Below are positions 47,373 through 57,613 of a DNA stretch of 61,230 nt, one piece after another; within the stretch, counting starts at the first letter, position 1; every line of letters begins with the position of its first letter. Source of the stretch: an uncultured Lentisphaeria bacterium (lineage in GTDB: Bacteria > Verrucomicrobiota > Lentisphaeria > Victivallales > UBA1829); contig CALCCZ010000079.1 of NCBI GenBank assembly GCA_937900075.1, positions 1 through 61,230 of the forward strand, given 5' to 3'. A program made the position numbers and the translations under genes. Under the pieces are notes generated by a model. That model was not told where the DNA came from and ran no database searches. It was given only the letters and a program-made list of their open reading frames with translations.

Positions 47373-48491
47373 TTATTTTTTCTTCAGGCGCTCCATCAAT
47401 TCGGCTTCACGTTTTGCCATTGCCGACGGAATCGTGGAGATTACGTAGGAATCCGGGTCAAAAGTCGATTCGGGTTCTTCTTCGGCTTCAGCCTGTTTCT
47501 CGGCTTCTTTTTTCTCGGTTGCTTCTTTTTCCGCCTGAGCAGCAGCTTCCGCTTTGGCTTGTTCCTCTGCGGCGATATCCACGGCCCGGACGATATTTTC
47601 AGAAGCGAGTAAATTATCCAGGGCATTTTTACGGATGGAACCGGCGTTGGTGTTGGCGAGTTCCTCAATCAGGCGTTTTTGCAACTGCACATAGGCCTCT
47701 CCGTCGATTTCCTCAATTCCCGCCCGTTGCATGGTAATTTTAGAGGGCTGTTCACATTCTATGCCGCGCGCCTTGCAATCGACCCAGTTGGTGAATTGCA
47801 ACAGAGCCAATTCGAAGATGTAGGGGAAATCCGCCGGAATATTGTCGGTATGATGTAATTCGATAATGCTCCAGATTTTTTCGGGGAAGCCCCAGTTTTT
47901 CAGAAGCAGTGAACCGACTTCCGCATGATTGATCTGCAAAATAGCCGTTTCCATCTTATGAATGGCAATGTTATTACTGGATTCCGTCTGGTTCTCCACC
48001 AGTCTGTATTTTTTAGGGGACCAGTCGCGGAAGACATTTTTTCCGATATCGTGCAAATGTGCAGCGCGAACCAGTGCGGGGTCAGATATACCGTTTTCGG
48101 AAAGGATGCTTTCCATGAGAAGCCGTACAGAGTAGGAGTGATTCCATTCTTTTTCTTCGGTTTCCCCGAACTGTTCCAGAATATGGGGGACATAAGCCAG
48201 TGTTTTCAATTGTTCCTGAGGGATTGACTCCAGTGCGGACAGCGGACTCTCAGGCTCGGTATCAGGGTAAAGGGAGTAATAGATGCGGAACACCTGAGCC
48301 AGAAGTGCATGATCGTGAATAATGGAATCGAGGATATTGCTCATATCGGGAGGAACCGCCTTCAGTCGCGTGGAAAACTCCAGCATAGAATAGGAAGGAA
48401 GCGGCAGGGATTCGAGTTTTCCGATACGCGCGATAAGCATTTTTTTCTCAATGGCGGAAACTTTTGACGGAGCAGCGACCATGACAGCCAT
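47373..48491 (-). CDS. HDOD-domain-like signalling protein with Glu/Ala/Lys-rich C-terminal tail
   Basis: Pattern KLESLPLPSYSMLEF...DMSNILDSIIHDHALLAQVFRI and HLHDIGKNVF are consistent with an HD-related output domain. The C-terminus is a low-complexity AEEQAKAEAAAQAEKEATEKKEAEKQAEAEEE stretch. Confidence 0.45.
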   Translation of the reverse strand: MAVMVAAPSKVSAIEKKMLIARIGKLESLPLPSYSMLEFSTRLKAVPPDMSNILDSIIHDHALLAQVFRIYYSLYPDTEPESPLSALESIPQEQLKTLAYVPHILEQFGETEEKEWNHSYSVRLLMESILSENGISDPALVRAAHLHDIGKNVFRDWSPKKYRLVENQTESSNNIAIHKMETAILQINHAEVGSLLLKNWGFPEKIWSIIELHHTDNIPADFPYIFELALLQFTNWVDCKARGIECEQPSKITMQRAGIEEIDGEAYVQLQKRLIEELANTNAGSIRKNALDNLLASENIVRAVDIAAEEQAKAEAAAQAEKEATEKKEAEKQAEAEEEPESTFDPDSYVISTIPSAMAKREAELMERLKKK

Positions 48492-48688
48492 AGTTAGGAC
48501 CTTTCTGTTGATTATTAATATTCACATGATAATTATGGTACATTTTCCACAAAAAAGCAAGTCTATTTCACAGATTAAAACAAAAAAACGTATAATATTC
48601 TTCAAGGGGTTGATTTTTGTTATTTCCGGTAGCATATTATTATTGCATTTTTTTGTGTCAGTGTTTTTTCGAAAGGCTAATTCATCTT

Positions 48689-49900
48689 ATGGAAGATCTT
48701 AAAGCTATTACTCTCAATATCACAGCTCTGGCTTTCGGGGGCGCAGGCATCGGCAAGCTGCCCGATGGTAAAATCTGCTTTGTACGCGGTACGGTTCCCG
48801 GGGAAGTCGTGGAAGTACTTGTTACGGATGAACGTCCGGCGTACGCATACGCACGCCTGATTTCCGTAAAAAAGGCTTCGCCTGCCCGAATCCATCCCGA
48901 ATGTCCGCTTGCCATTGATGAATCGGATGACTCGCACCGCTGTCCGGGCTGTTCCTACGGACATCTCACTTATGAGACCGAACTGAACTGGAAGCAGAAA
49001 CAATTAGAGGGATTTTTAGTTCGGACCGGGATTGCCGACAAGAGCCGTTTCCAGAAGCCGGAAGCTGCCCAACATCGCTATGGATGGCGCAATAAAATCC
49101 GTCTTACCTCCGCCCGTGGCAATATTCTTGGGTACAAAGAAGAGGATAATACCACCGTTCTGGATGTTCCCCAATGTCCGCTGGCAAGAAAATCCATCAA
49201 CGATGTCCTCGCAAAATGCAGGGAAGAGAAAGAACTCCCGCCTCATATTACGTTCCGCTGGACTCTTAAGGACGGAGTCATTGTCAGAAAAAGCACCGAA
49301 GCTCCGGACAAACGTTATCTGACGGAACAAATGGGAAAACACGGCTATTTTTCCGTTCCGGAAAACTCCTTTTTCCAGATTAACGTTCCCATGGCAACAC
49401 TTCTGGCGGAAGCGGTCTCCAATCGTCTGAAAATGCTGAAAACGGAAAATCTGCTCGAATTATTCTGTGGAGTGGGAGTATTGTCATTAATTGCCGCATC
49501 CGAAAATGAAAATCTGAAAGTTTCCGGTCTGGAATTGGATAAAACCGCAGTGGATGCTGCCAATCTGAATGCGAGACGCCAGAAGATGGCATCACGCTGC
49601 AGTTATTTTGACGGTGATGCTGCTGCTTCATTCTCAATGCTTGCCCGTAAACTGTCCCCGGATAAAACAACCATCCTGATTGACCCGCCACGCTGCGGTA
49701 TCGTGAAAGAACTGTGTACAAAAATCAATCGTTTTCATCCGCACAGCATCATCTATGTTTCCTGTGCGCCCGATACACTCGCCCGTGATCTGAAACTGTT
49801 TCTCGCCGGCGGTTATGAGGTTTGCGATATCAAACTGTTTGACATGTTCCCGACCACGGCTCATTTTGAGACGCTCACGGTTTTGCGGAGAAATCAATGA
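48689..49900 (+). CDS. TRAM-domain class-I SAM-dependent RNA (uracil-5)-methyltransferase, RlmD/TrmA family
   Basis: N-terminal TRAM/OB (GGAGIGKLPDGKICFVRGTVPGEVVEV). A 4-Cys cluster (CPLA...CPGCSYGH). A C-terminal MTase with FCGVG (motif I) and IDPPRCG (motif IV). Confidence 0.7.
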   Translation: MEDLKAITLNITALAFGGAGIGKLPDGKICFVRGTVPGEVVEVLVTDERPAYAYARLISVKKASPARIHPECPLAIDESDDSHRCPGCSYGHLTYETELNWKQKQLEGFLVRTGIADKSRFQKPEAAQHRYGWRNKIRLTSARGNILGYKEEDNTTVLDVPQCPLARKSINDVLAKCREEKELPPHITFRWTLKDGVIVRKSTEAPDKRYLTEQMGKHGYFSVPENSFFQINVPMATLLAEAVSNRLKMLKTENLLELFCGVGVLSLIAASENENLKVSGLELDKTAVDAANLNARRQKMASRCSYFDGDAAASFSMLARKLSPDKTTILIDPPRCGIVKELCTKINRFHPHSIIYVSCAPDTLARDLKLFLAGGYEVCDIKLFDMFPTTAHFETLTVLRRNQ

Positions 49901-50673
49901 GTATCACGGAACAGTCCGGTTCTGAAAAAGAAAAACAGCATTCTCCCTCCGAGGGACATCGTGCCCGTTTACGGGAACGTTTTCTCAAAGGGGACGGGGA
50001 AGGAATGCTGGATTATGAAATTCTTGAACTGCTGCTTTCCTACGCGGTCCGGCAACGGGATGTCAAACAGCAGGCGAAAACGCTGATGGAAGAGTTCAAA
50101 TCCTTTCAAGGGGTTGTTGATGCCGATACAAATGCTCTCTGCAGCACAAAAGACATTGGAAAAATGTCCGCCATTCTGATTAAACTGATCCGTTCCATGG
50201 CGGTCCGTTATCTCCGGCCCCGGGACATTCCGGAACAGGAGTTCATGAACGATTCGACAGCATTTTCCGACTATGCCCGTTTCAAGTTATGTGACCGCAA
50301 TGAAGAAGCCATGCTTGTATTTTTTCTGAACACAAAAAGCCGTTTGATATGTGATGAAATCATCAGTGAGGGCATCGTAGATCAGGTACCGGTCATTCTC
50401 CCGAAGATAGCAAAACGCGCCATGAATACAGGTGCAAAGGCCGTAGTGCTCTGCCACAATCATCCCAGTGGTGATACCACGCCATCCGCTTGTGACAACT
50501 TTGTTACATCGCAAGTCAGAATGACACTGGAACCGCTGAATATCATTTTGCTGGATCATCTGATTGTTTCCCGCGAGGGCTATTACAGTTACCGGTTCGC
50601 CGATGAACAAAAACCGCCCGGATTACGTCTGCTGGCGCCACTGACATCCAACCGGAAGGGAACACGGAAATGA
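49897..50673 (+). CDS. radC: RadC-like JAB/MPN domain protein (UPF0758)
   Basis: HhH-like N-terminus (YEILELLLSY). A JAMM motif region (VVLCHNHPSGDTTPSACD). ATGA overlap with the upstream gene. Confidence 0.75.
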   Translation: MSITEQSGSEKEKQHSPSEGHRARLRERFLKGDGEGMLDYEILELLLSYAVRQRDVKQQAKTLMEEFKSFQGVVDADTNALCSTKDIGKMSAILIKLIRSMAVRYLRPRDIPEQEFMNDSTAFSDYARFKLCDRNEEAMLVFFLNTKSRLICDEIISEGIVDQVPVILPKIAKRAMNTGAKAVVLCHNHPSGDTTPSACDNFVTSQVRMTLEPLNIILLDHLIVSREGYYSYRFADEQKPPGLRLLAPLTSNRKGTRK

Positions 50674-51050
50674 TATTAGGACTGGGTACGGATATTGTGG
50701 AAATCAACAGAGTCCGGGATGCTTTAGAGAAGCACGGAGTCGCTTTTGCAAAACAAGTGCTTGCTCCGGACGAATTGCTGCTTTTCGAACAGAGAAAAAA
50801 CAATCCCGAATTTCTGGCAGGCCGCTGGGCTGCAAAAGAGGCGTTTGCGAAGGCTTTGGGTACAGGAATCGGGAAAGACTGCTCTTTTTCCGGTCTGACG
50901 ATTTTACCGGATGAAAAAAACGCACCCCGTTTTACCGCTTTTGCGGAAAACACAGAAAAAATACTTTTCCTCAAGGGCATAAAGCACTGTCATTTATCCA
51001 TCAGCCACGAGCGGGATTATGCGGTGGCGACGGTCATTCTGGAAGGCTGA
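50670..51050 (+). CDS. acpS: Holo-[acyl-carrier-protein] synthase
   Basis: MILGLGTDIVEINR, WAAKEAFAKALG and ISHE, the classic AcpS motifs. 126 aa. Confidence 0.8.
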   Translation: MILGLGTDIVEINRVRDALEKHGVAFAKQVLAPDELLLFEQRKNNPEFLAGRWAAKEAFAKALGTGIGKDCSFSGLTILPDEKNAPRFTAFAENTEKILFLKGIKHCHLSISHERDYAVATVILEG

Positions 51051-51065
51051 TTGCTTTCCCTGTTA

Positions 51066-52301
51066 TCAAGCCGGATTTCCGGTATGCGCCCGCAACAGAC
51101 ACAAGGCATACAGCATATAGCAAACTTTTGCCGATTTGAAACATGCATAATCGGGAATATCAAATGCGCGTTCAAATGTGGAGCGGAATTTTTCAGAGGG
51201 CTGATAACCGGGTGCAAAGGCAACGCAGGCTGCGAGATTTCCCACAGCCGTCATGATATCCAGCGGCAGTTGGTAATCGGAAGCTTCCTCGGGTTTGAGA
51301 TACAGATAATCCCCGAAAAGTGATGCCCGATCCTGAAAAACGGTTCCGGGTACCAGAAACATCACTGCGGCATTCTGCCAGGGGATAGCGGGAATATCCC
51401 AACGGCCATTGTATGCGAAAAGCCGTTCTGCTGCCGGATAAAATTCCTTTTCCGCCCGTGCAGCTACTGTTTGCATGATGGATACGGCCTGTTCTTTACG
51501 CTGTTGCATGAAACCGCATTCTGCGCAAATAGACAGAGATTCCTGCATTTGAACCAAGCCCCAGTTCACTACATTGCCGTCGGAAACGATTTTCATGGAT
51601 GCGGCAAGGGCATCATCCACACATTTGTCATAAAGACGGTGATATTTTGCCTCGCCACTGGCGATATAGGCGGCTAAATACATCATGGGAAGCCGGAATG
51701 CCTCGTGGGGACGGCAGGAAATCATTTCCCCAACCAGACCCGGACGTCCGTCAAGGCGTCCCAGATTACCATTTTCCCCGGGGCGAATCCGTTCGGCGCA
51801 CAAATCTGCAAAACTGGTGAGAATCTGGCGAATCCTCCGTTTGGTATCTTCATCGGCGAATGAGGACCGGTAGAAATGGAGCAATCCGCGAGTGCAGCAA
51901 GTAAACTGGTCTCTGGAGGTATCGATATAGAAAGATTTTCCGTCCCGAGGGGAAACGCTGCGGACCAGATATCCGTGTACGCCGTGAACCGTATTGCAAA
52001 GTTCAATTCCCTTGAGTATTTTCAAAGCAAAATCCAAGAGGGATGCGCGGTTTTCCTCCTCCTGTTCCATACGGAAGACTAAAGCATCCAGAATCGTACC
52101 GCCATTCAGCATGGAATCCTCCATACCGGTTCCCCAGCTGCAGGGATTGGGTATATTTTTCTGAATTTCTTCGGGGAAAGGCAGATGAGCAAAACGTTTT
52201 TCCGGGTCATCGGAACTGAGACTATCGTAAATCAGCGATGTTTCGGGACAGAAAAGTTTTCCGGTAACCAGTTGCCAGGCATCATTCCACTTGTTGTTCA
52301 T
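51066..52301 (-). CDS. Hypothetical protein, possibly an (alpha/alpha)6-barrel glycoside-hydrolase-like enzyme
   Basis: Long ORF. The helical-repeat character and conserved acidic/aromatic positions are only suggestive. No signature was recognised with confidence. Confidence 0.3.
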   Translation of the reverse strand: MNNKWNDAWQLVTGKLFCPETSLIYDSLSSDDPEKRFAHLPFPEEIQKNIPNPCSWGTGMEDSMLNGGTILDALVFRMEQEEENRASLLDFALKILKGIELCNTVHGVHGYLVRSVSPRDGKSFYIDTSRDQFTCCTRGLLHFYRSSFADEDTKRRIRQILTSFADLCAERIRPGENGNLGRLDGRPGLVGEMISCRPHEAFRLPMMYLAAYIASGEAKYHRLYDKCVDDALAASMKIVSDGNVVNWGLVQMQESLSICAECGFMQQRKEQAVSIMQTVAARAEKEFYPAAERLFAYNGRWDIPAIPWQNAAVMFLVPGTVFQDRASLFGDYLYLKPEEASDYQLPLDIMTAVGNLAACVAFAPGYQPSEKFRSTFERAFDIPDYACFKSAKVCYMLYALCLLRAHTGNPA

Positions 52302-52345
52302 GGCAGAAAATTTCCTTTCGGGTTCTGTATTGAGGGCGGTTCAAA

Positions 52346-53167
52346 TCAGTCTTTCAAGCCCATCCAGGCGGATACGGTGCCACCCATAACGGCATTGCGC
52401 AAATCTTCAGTTGCGCCGATTTTTCTCAAAATCTGTTCGTAATGCAGTTTTGCGTCCGTCTGAACGTTCGGATAATTGATATAGCTGTCGGAGCCGAACA
52501 CCAATTTACGGAAATATCTGGAAGTATCCTCGCAGAGGAATACGTAAGGACGCAACAGATATGCCAGACTTTCAGCAGAAAGATCCTGCCAGGAACCATT
52601 TCCCGCCAGGTCGGCATAAACATTGGCATGCATTTTCAGCATTTCAGAAGCTTGAACACGCCAGAACGTTGTTCCTAAATGCGCCAGGACAATATGCAGT
52701 TTCTGGAAAGAACGGGCGGGACGATCCAAGTTCAGGGGGTCCATATTTTTCAAAATCGGCCGTTTCCACTGTATATCCGCCGGACTCGGGCGATAGTTCC
52801 CGGTATGAAACAGTACCGGCACACCGAGTTTTTCGCATTCTTCATACACGGGCATATACAGATCATGGTCGTAAGGGTAATAAGGATAGATGAACTTGAC
52901 GGCTTTTGCACCGCGGTCCACCCAGCGTCTCAATTCGGATAAATCAATTTCATGATCCCACAAATCCACTTTAGCTACGGGGATAAGGATATCCGAATAC
53001 TGTTTGCAGAAATCAATGACCCGGTCATTCGGCACATAATCACGGGCACCGTACCGCAGGCCGCCGCTGATAGCGGAACGGGTATTGTTTTTGAGGCAGT
53101 TATCTGCATAAATTTTTATAGCGGCTGGGTCATCCAAATTAAAATGCGCATGAAAATCAAGATCCAT
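52346..53167 (-). CDS. Amidohydrolase-2 family (TIM-barrel metal-dependent hydrolase)
   Basis: N-terminal DFHAHF metal-binding His pair, later His/Asp positions and a size of about 270 aa. Confidence 0.55.
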   Translation of the reverse strand: MDLDFHAHFNLDDPAAIKIYADNCLKNNTRSAISGGLRYGARDYVPNDRVIDFCKQYSDILIPVAKVDLWDHEIDLSELRRWVDRGAKAVKFIYPYYPYDHDLYMPVYEECEKLGVPVLFHTGNYRPSPADIQWKRPILKNMDPLNLDRPARSFQKLHIVLAHLGTTFWRVQASEMLKMHANVYADLAGNGSWQDLSAESLAYLLRPYVFLCEDTSRYFRKLVFGSDSYINYPNVQTDAKLHYEQILRKIGATEDLRNAVMGGTVSAWMGLKD

Positions 53168-53196
53168 TTTCTTGTCCTTTCTGTTTATAACAAAAC

Positions 53197-54894
53197 TTAC
53201 GGATTCAACCGGGTAAATTCACTGGTAATGGAAAGCAACTGCGGCAGAAGCTGTTTCTTCCGACTCAAAACACCGGGAAGCTCGAAAACACCCGGCTCCA
53301 GCTGCTTATAGGGAATAGCCTGAATAATCTCCGGGGACCCGATTACGAGAAGCAGAGAGTTTTCGCGAACAGCATCCGTAACTAAGAGACCAATAAACTG
53401 CAAAGCCTCGGAATTGCGGATCTCCAGCATTGCGGAACGCAGCTCACTCTGACGCTGATGAAGCAGTTCCAGGTTGGTTTCTTCCACCTGAGACAGAGAG
53501 AACTTGTATTTTCCGTTGGTGTAGGATTTACGGTCGGACTCAATGACATCCAACGGTGGCTTGGAAGCCAGCGGGGAGTCGATATGAGACAGTTCCTCCA
53601 TCAGTTCGGAGGCCTTGACCCCGGAAATCTTCTCCAGCCATTCAAGAATCCGTTTATCCATAGCCGCAGTAGTGGGTGACTTCAGGTTCAGGGTATCCGT
53701 GACAATACCGCCCAGCAGCAATCCCGCCATATCGGGGGTCAGACTTTCACCACTACCCTTGTACATTGCAGCGACAAGCGTACAGGTACTGCCGACAACA
53801 TCACCGGTAAATTTAATGGGACTCAGCGTCGGCCGCATACCGATGCGGTGATGATCCACGACCTCAATCACCGGTATCTCCTCTACTCCCGGAATACTCT
53901 GTTCTGTTTCATTATGGTCCACTAAAATCATCCGGTAAGGCGGTGTCTGGGATATCGATTGTTTCCGTACCACACCTTCAAATATCCCCTGGGCATTCAC
54001 AACAGGAATCACGTCCTCCGGACAATTCAGGATGCGTGCGGAACTGTTCGGAACACGGTCCTGCGGTGTAAGAATCAACTGTTCACATCCGGAGCAGAAT
54101 TCTTCCACCGGTACACTGAATTTCAAGCGGCGAATTACTGCGGCGGAATCCAAATCACTCCACAGAACTGTTACGTTCTGCAAAGCAGCTTCCTTCAGGA
54201 TCAGAGGTTCAACGGGCTTTTCTCCGGTCACAATCAGAATACGCACTTTCCGCTGGAGGGCAAGCAGATGAATATCCGGACGATATCCGGAAATCAATAC
54301 CAATTCCCCGTCATCTCCGGACGGCAAATGTTCATGAAAACTTTCCGTTCCCATGGCTGCTACATAAACTTTGAACTGCTGAACTTTCGCCGTCTCTGTC
54401 CCGGTCAGTATCTTTGCCTCAATAACACGGGCAATCAAATCAATGGAGGACCGGATCTCGCGGCCGGTCAATCCGCTTCCGGAGTCATGTCCGACATCCA
54501 GAAGATGCGACAGCAGATTCATCGGGCTGAGCATTCCGAGGAATTTACGTTCATCGCCCACAATCGGAAGCCGCGGATAACCTGCCTTGTTCAGGAAGCG
54601 GACCGCATCCAGCAAGGGAGTTCCCGGCATAATCACTGGAATATCTTTCTCCATGATATCCCCGATGCGCAAATATACATCATTTCGGGATTCCGGCGCT
54701 TTCAAATGAAAACGGTCAAAAAGATAGCGTCCCCGCTCCGAAAGAATACCCGGGCAAATCGCTTTAACATTCAGTACGCCCTGCCTGCGGCGCAATTCCG
54801 CCAGGGCTGCTGATGATGCGAGACTGTCAATATCGGGGTTGCGATGACCCGACACATAGATGCATTTAATGTTTTCGTCCATAGTCATATCCAT
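53197..54894 (-). CDS. CBS-domain-containing DHH/DHHA2 phosphoesterase (putative family-II Mn-dependent inorganic pyrophosphatase, CBS-PPase type)
   Basis: DHH motif region SGHRNPDIDSLASSAALA, CBS-pair insertions, and a C-terminal DHHA2 with GGH-like substrate-binding region. The start is uncertain between MDMTMD and MTMD. Confidence 0.65.
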   Translation of the reverse strand: MDMTMDENIKCIYVSGHRNPDIDSLASSAALAELRRRQGVLNVKAICPGILSERGRYLFDRFHLKAPESRNDVYLRIGDIMEKDIPVIMPGTPLLDAVRFLNKAGYPRLPIVGDERKFLGMLSPMNLLSHLLDVGHDSGSGLTGREIRSSIDLIARVIEAKILTGTETAKVQQFKVYVAAMGTESFHEHLPSGDDGELVLISGYRPDIHLLALQRKVRILIVTGEKPVEPLILKEAALQNVTVLWSDLDSAAVIRRLKFSVPVEEFCSGCEQLILTPQDRVPNSSARILNCPEDVIPVVNAQGIFEGVVRKQSISQTPPYRMILVDHNETEQSIPGVEEIPVIEVVDHHRIGMRPTLSPIKFTGDVVGSTCTLVAAMYKGSGESLTPDMAGLLLGGIVTDTLNLKSPTTAAMDKRILEWLEKISGVKASELMEELSHIDSPLASKPPLDVIESDRKSYTNGKYKFSLSQVEETNLELLHQRQSELRSAMLEIRNSEALQFIGLLVTDAVRENSLLLVIGSPEIIQAIPYKQLEPGVFELPGVLSRKKQLLPQLLSITSEFTRLNP

Positions 54895-55079
54895 TTTCAG
54901 TTTAGCGGAAACACAAATCCGAGAGCCATTCCGCACGTGAACTTTTTATTTTTCAAAGTATAATATACCGCATATCCCTGTCAAATGCAACAGAATTCCA
55001 TGTATTTCCGGGATAAAACACAAATACGTTGACAGAATGAGTAAAAGCAAACCCCTTCGCGAAAGGGAAACATGACCTG

Positions 55080-56198
55080 TCATTTTTCCCCGGTCAATTT
55101 CCGCAGTATATGCCGGATGGTGTACCAGAGTCCGTTTTCCATCAGACAACGCCGCCAGCCTGGCAGTTTCGCATATTCTGCCTGACGCTTTCTGCGTTCG
55201 GAAAGTTCCCGCTCTTCCGTCAAAACGGCATTCCGGTATTCATCTGCGGACAAATTCCGGATCCGGCGGATTTTTTCCGCAAGTTCTTTATCGGAGACTT
55301 CACACTCCAAAGCGGGTCCAATCCCGAGTGCAGGCAGCATGTTGTCCCGTACCTCTGCGTAAAAAGAAGCAAAATCCACCGTCCCGAAGTGTTTTCTCAG
55401 GTTATAAATGCAGACATAAAATGCGCTGCTGCAAAAGCGGGACCGGTACAAAGACAGAACACCGCAATCATTCATTTTCTCCCGCCATTCCAGAAGAGAT
55501 AAATAAAAATCCGTGCGGTGCGAACTGCTTTTTCCGCTCTCCAGACTTGTCACAGAACCGGTGCGATAATGTAAAAGCACACGGTCAACCAGAGCAATAC
55601 GGTCAGCGAAAGCCAAAGCGGTATTGGTAAACGGGACATCCTCGGCGTTGCGGACAGCGGTAGAGAACCGGATATTCCAACGGGTCAGGAACTCGCGCAG
55701 AAACAGATATTTCCAGGGTTCCGGACGAAAATCACCGAAAGTCAAATCGGTCCTTGTTTTCAATGAAAAAATGCCGGACCGGGGCATACTTTCCGGATAA
55801 TGCAGCTCATACGTTTTCTCTCCGGATACCGTATCAAAAGCATCGTAACGGCAAACCGTAATCTCCGCCTGCTCCCGCTCGGCACGCAGGTACAATGTTT
55901 CCAGCAGTTCCGGTTCAAATAAATCATCGCTATCCAGGCAAATTACATATTTCCCGGACGCCTGTTCCAATGCGGTATTACGGCTCACGCCGGCACCGGA
56001 GTTCGGACGGTGAAACACCCGGAAACGGGGATCTTTTGCAACATATTCATCCAGAATACTTCCGCTGTTGTCAGGAGACCCGTCATTAACGCAAATGCAC
56101 TCGAAATCACGGAAAGTCTGTGCAACAACGGATTCTAATGTCCCGGAAAGATGTGCGGCCGCCTGATATACCGGCATAACAATGGATATTGTCGGCAT
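55080..56198 (-). CDS. Glycosyltransferase family 2
   Basis: ISIVMPVYQAAAHL...CVNDGSPDNS...LDSDD (DxD) with a GT-A fold. GGAAAGAAG RBS. Confidence 0.7.
   Translation of the reverse strand: MPTISIVMPVYQAAAHLSGTLESVVAQTFRDFECICVNDGSPDNSGSILDEYVAKDPRFRVFHRPNSGAGVSRNTALEQASGKYVICLDSDDLFEPELLETLYLRAEREQAEITVCRYDAFDTVSGEKTYELHYPESMPRSGIFSLKTRTDLTFGDFRPEPWKYLFLREFLTRWNIRFSTAVRNAEDVPFTNTALAFADRIALVDRVLLHYRTGSVTSLESGKSSSHRTDFYLSLLEWREKMNDCGVLSLYRSRFCSSAFYVCIYNLRKHFGTVDFASFYAEVRDNMLPALGIGPALECEVSDKELAEKIRRIRNLSADEYRNAVLTEERELSERRKRQAEYAKLPGWRRCLMENGLWYTIRHILRKLTGEK
56032..56122. repeat. 91-bp block nearly identical to 57063-57153 (copy A), inside the first GT2 gene
   Basis: TCTTTTGCAACATATTCATCCAGAATACTTCCGCTGTTGTCAGGAGACCCGTCATTAACGCAAATGCACTCGAAATCACGGAAAGTCTGTG, with 2 mismatches to copy B. 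Confidence 0.85.
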
Positions 56199-56200
56199 AG

Positions 56201-57229
56201 TCAATCTTCTTTCCTGAACGGACGCAGGCACTTATTGATGCTTCGTCCCAATCGGTATGATCCAGAGTGAAGAATTCCTTCCATCTTTTCACCCAGTACT
56301 TCACAGCGGTATTCCGTAGCCATCATACGATCATAAAGCCGTACCATTTCGATGAAATAAATCATATCCGGCATGATTTCGCAACCTTTCTGAATTTCTT
56401 CCACCGGAATCTGCTTCATCAACGCACTCGCAGCATACAGCCACCGATCTTTCTGAACCGCTATCGCCTTGAGAACATCCTCCCGTACAACGGGATGATT
56501 CTTCAGAAAACATGCAGCTTCTAAATATGCCACACCTAAACCCGCAAAATGGCGGAAAGTCGGCTGACGTGTAATCGTGGAGTTCGCGCGGATTCGATAA
56601 TGATAAAAGGGGTTGTTCAGACATCCAGCCCTGCCTGCTGAAAAGTCGGCAAGAAACAGGAATACTTCATCTTCATGAAATACACCCTGGCGGAAAGACA
56701 AATTCTCCCGGACATAAAAATCACGCAGGAATAACCGAAGTGGAACGCATGCTATGAAATCGTCGTTCAAAAGACGTTTGGACCACAAGTCCTCACCCGA
56801 AAAAACTCCGGAATATTCGTGGCGGATAGAATGCAGGTGCGACATCGGGTTCACTCCGTCCTCATACTCCGGAACAAAATCAAAAATGACCTCGTCCAAA
56901 TCATTTTTCTCGGCAAAATCGTATAATGACTGCAAGGTGTCCGGATCTATACGGTCATCGCTGTCAAGAAAATACAGATACTTTCCCGTCGCGGTTGCCA
57001 CACCCGTATTCCGGGCAACACCTTGTCCCTGATTGCTCTGAACCAGCACTTTCATACGGGAGTCTTTTGCAGCATATTCATCCAGAATACTTCCGCTGTT
57101 GTCAGGAGACCCGTCATTAACGCAAATGCACTCAAAATCACGGAAAGTCTGTGTCAGAACAGAATCCAGACACGCCCGCAGATATTTTTCCGCATTGTAA
57201 ACAGGTATGATTACAGAGATTTCCGGCAC
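56201..57229 (-). CDS. Glycosyltransferase family 2 (paralogue of the downstream gene)
   Basis: ISVIIPVYNAEKYL...CVNDGSPDNS...LDSDD. A GTG start with AAAGGAGA RBS is preferred over the long upstream extension. Confidence 0.7.
   Translation of the reverse strand: MPEISVIIPVYNAEKYLRACLDSVLTQTFRDFECICVNDGSPDNSGSILDEYAAKDSRMKVLVQSNQGQGVARNTGVATATGKYLYFLDSDDRIDPDTLQSLYDFAEKNDLDEVIFDFVPEYEDGVNPMSHLHSIRHEYSGVFSGEDLWSKRLLNDDFIACVPLRLFLRDFYVRENLSFRQGVFHEDEVFLFLADFSAGRAGCLNNPFYHYRIRANSTITRQPTFRHFAGLGVAYLEAACFLKNHPVVREDVLKAIAVQKDRWLYAASALMKQIPVEEIQKGCEIMPDMIYFIEMVRLYDRMMATEYRCEVLGEKMEGILHSGSYRLGRSINKCLRPFRKED
57063..57153. repeat. Copy B of the 91-bp GT2 block
   Basis: Same sequence with 2 substitutions. 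It encodes the shared FRDFECICVNDGSPDNSGSILDEY segment. Confidence 0.85.
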
Positions 57230-57613
57230 AAAACAATTCTCCTTTGAAACCGTCGTTTTTCCCGACGGATTCTGTAAGTCCCTTACCGCATCCACCTGCA
57301 TAGTACTGCGATGGGGCACTTTGTTGCACTTTCTGATTGACCACCGTTCCTAAATATAACATGGGAGCAGAAAAAAATCAACTCAAGCTTCTTTTTTTTT
57401 CAGATATTCACATTCATAGGTACAATCGGTCAGTAAACAGTGAAATGAGAAATGCCGGACGATATTCGTGATTGTGCAAGGCGGAATGGGGCGGGATGTG
57501 AAAAAAGTCACTGACCGATTACTTGACAACTGTCACAAGGGGAGTATATTATATTTTCAGGATGCGCATTTCAAAGAAACGGAAACGGATTTCAGTTAAG
57601 ACAGGAGTTCAAC

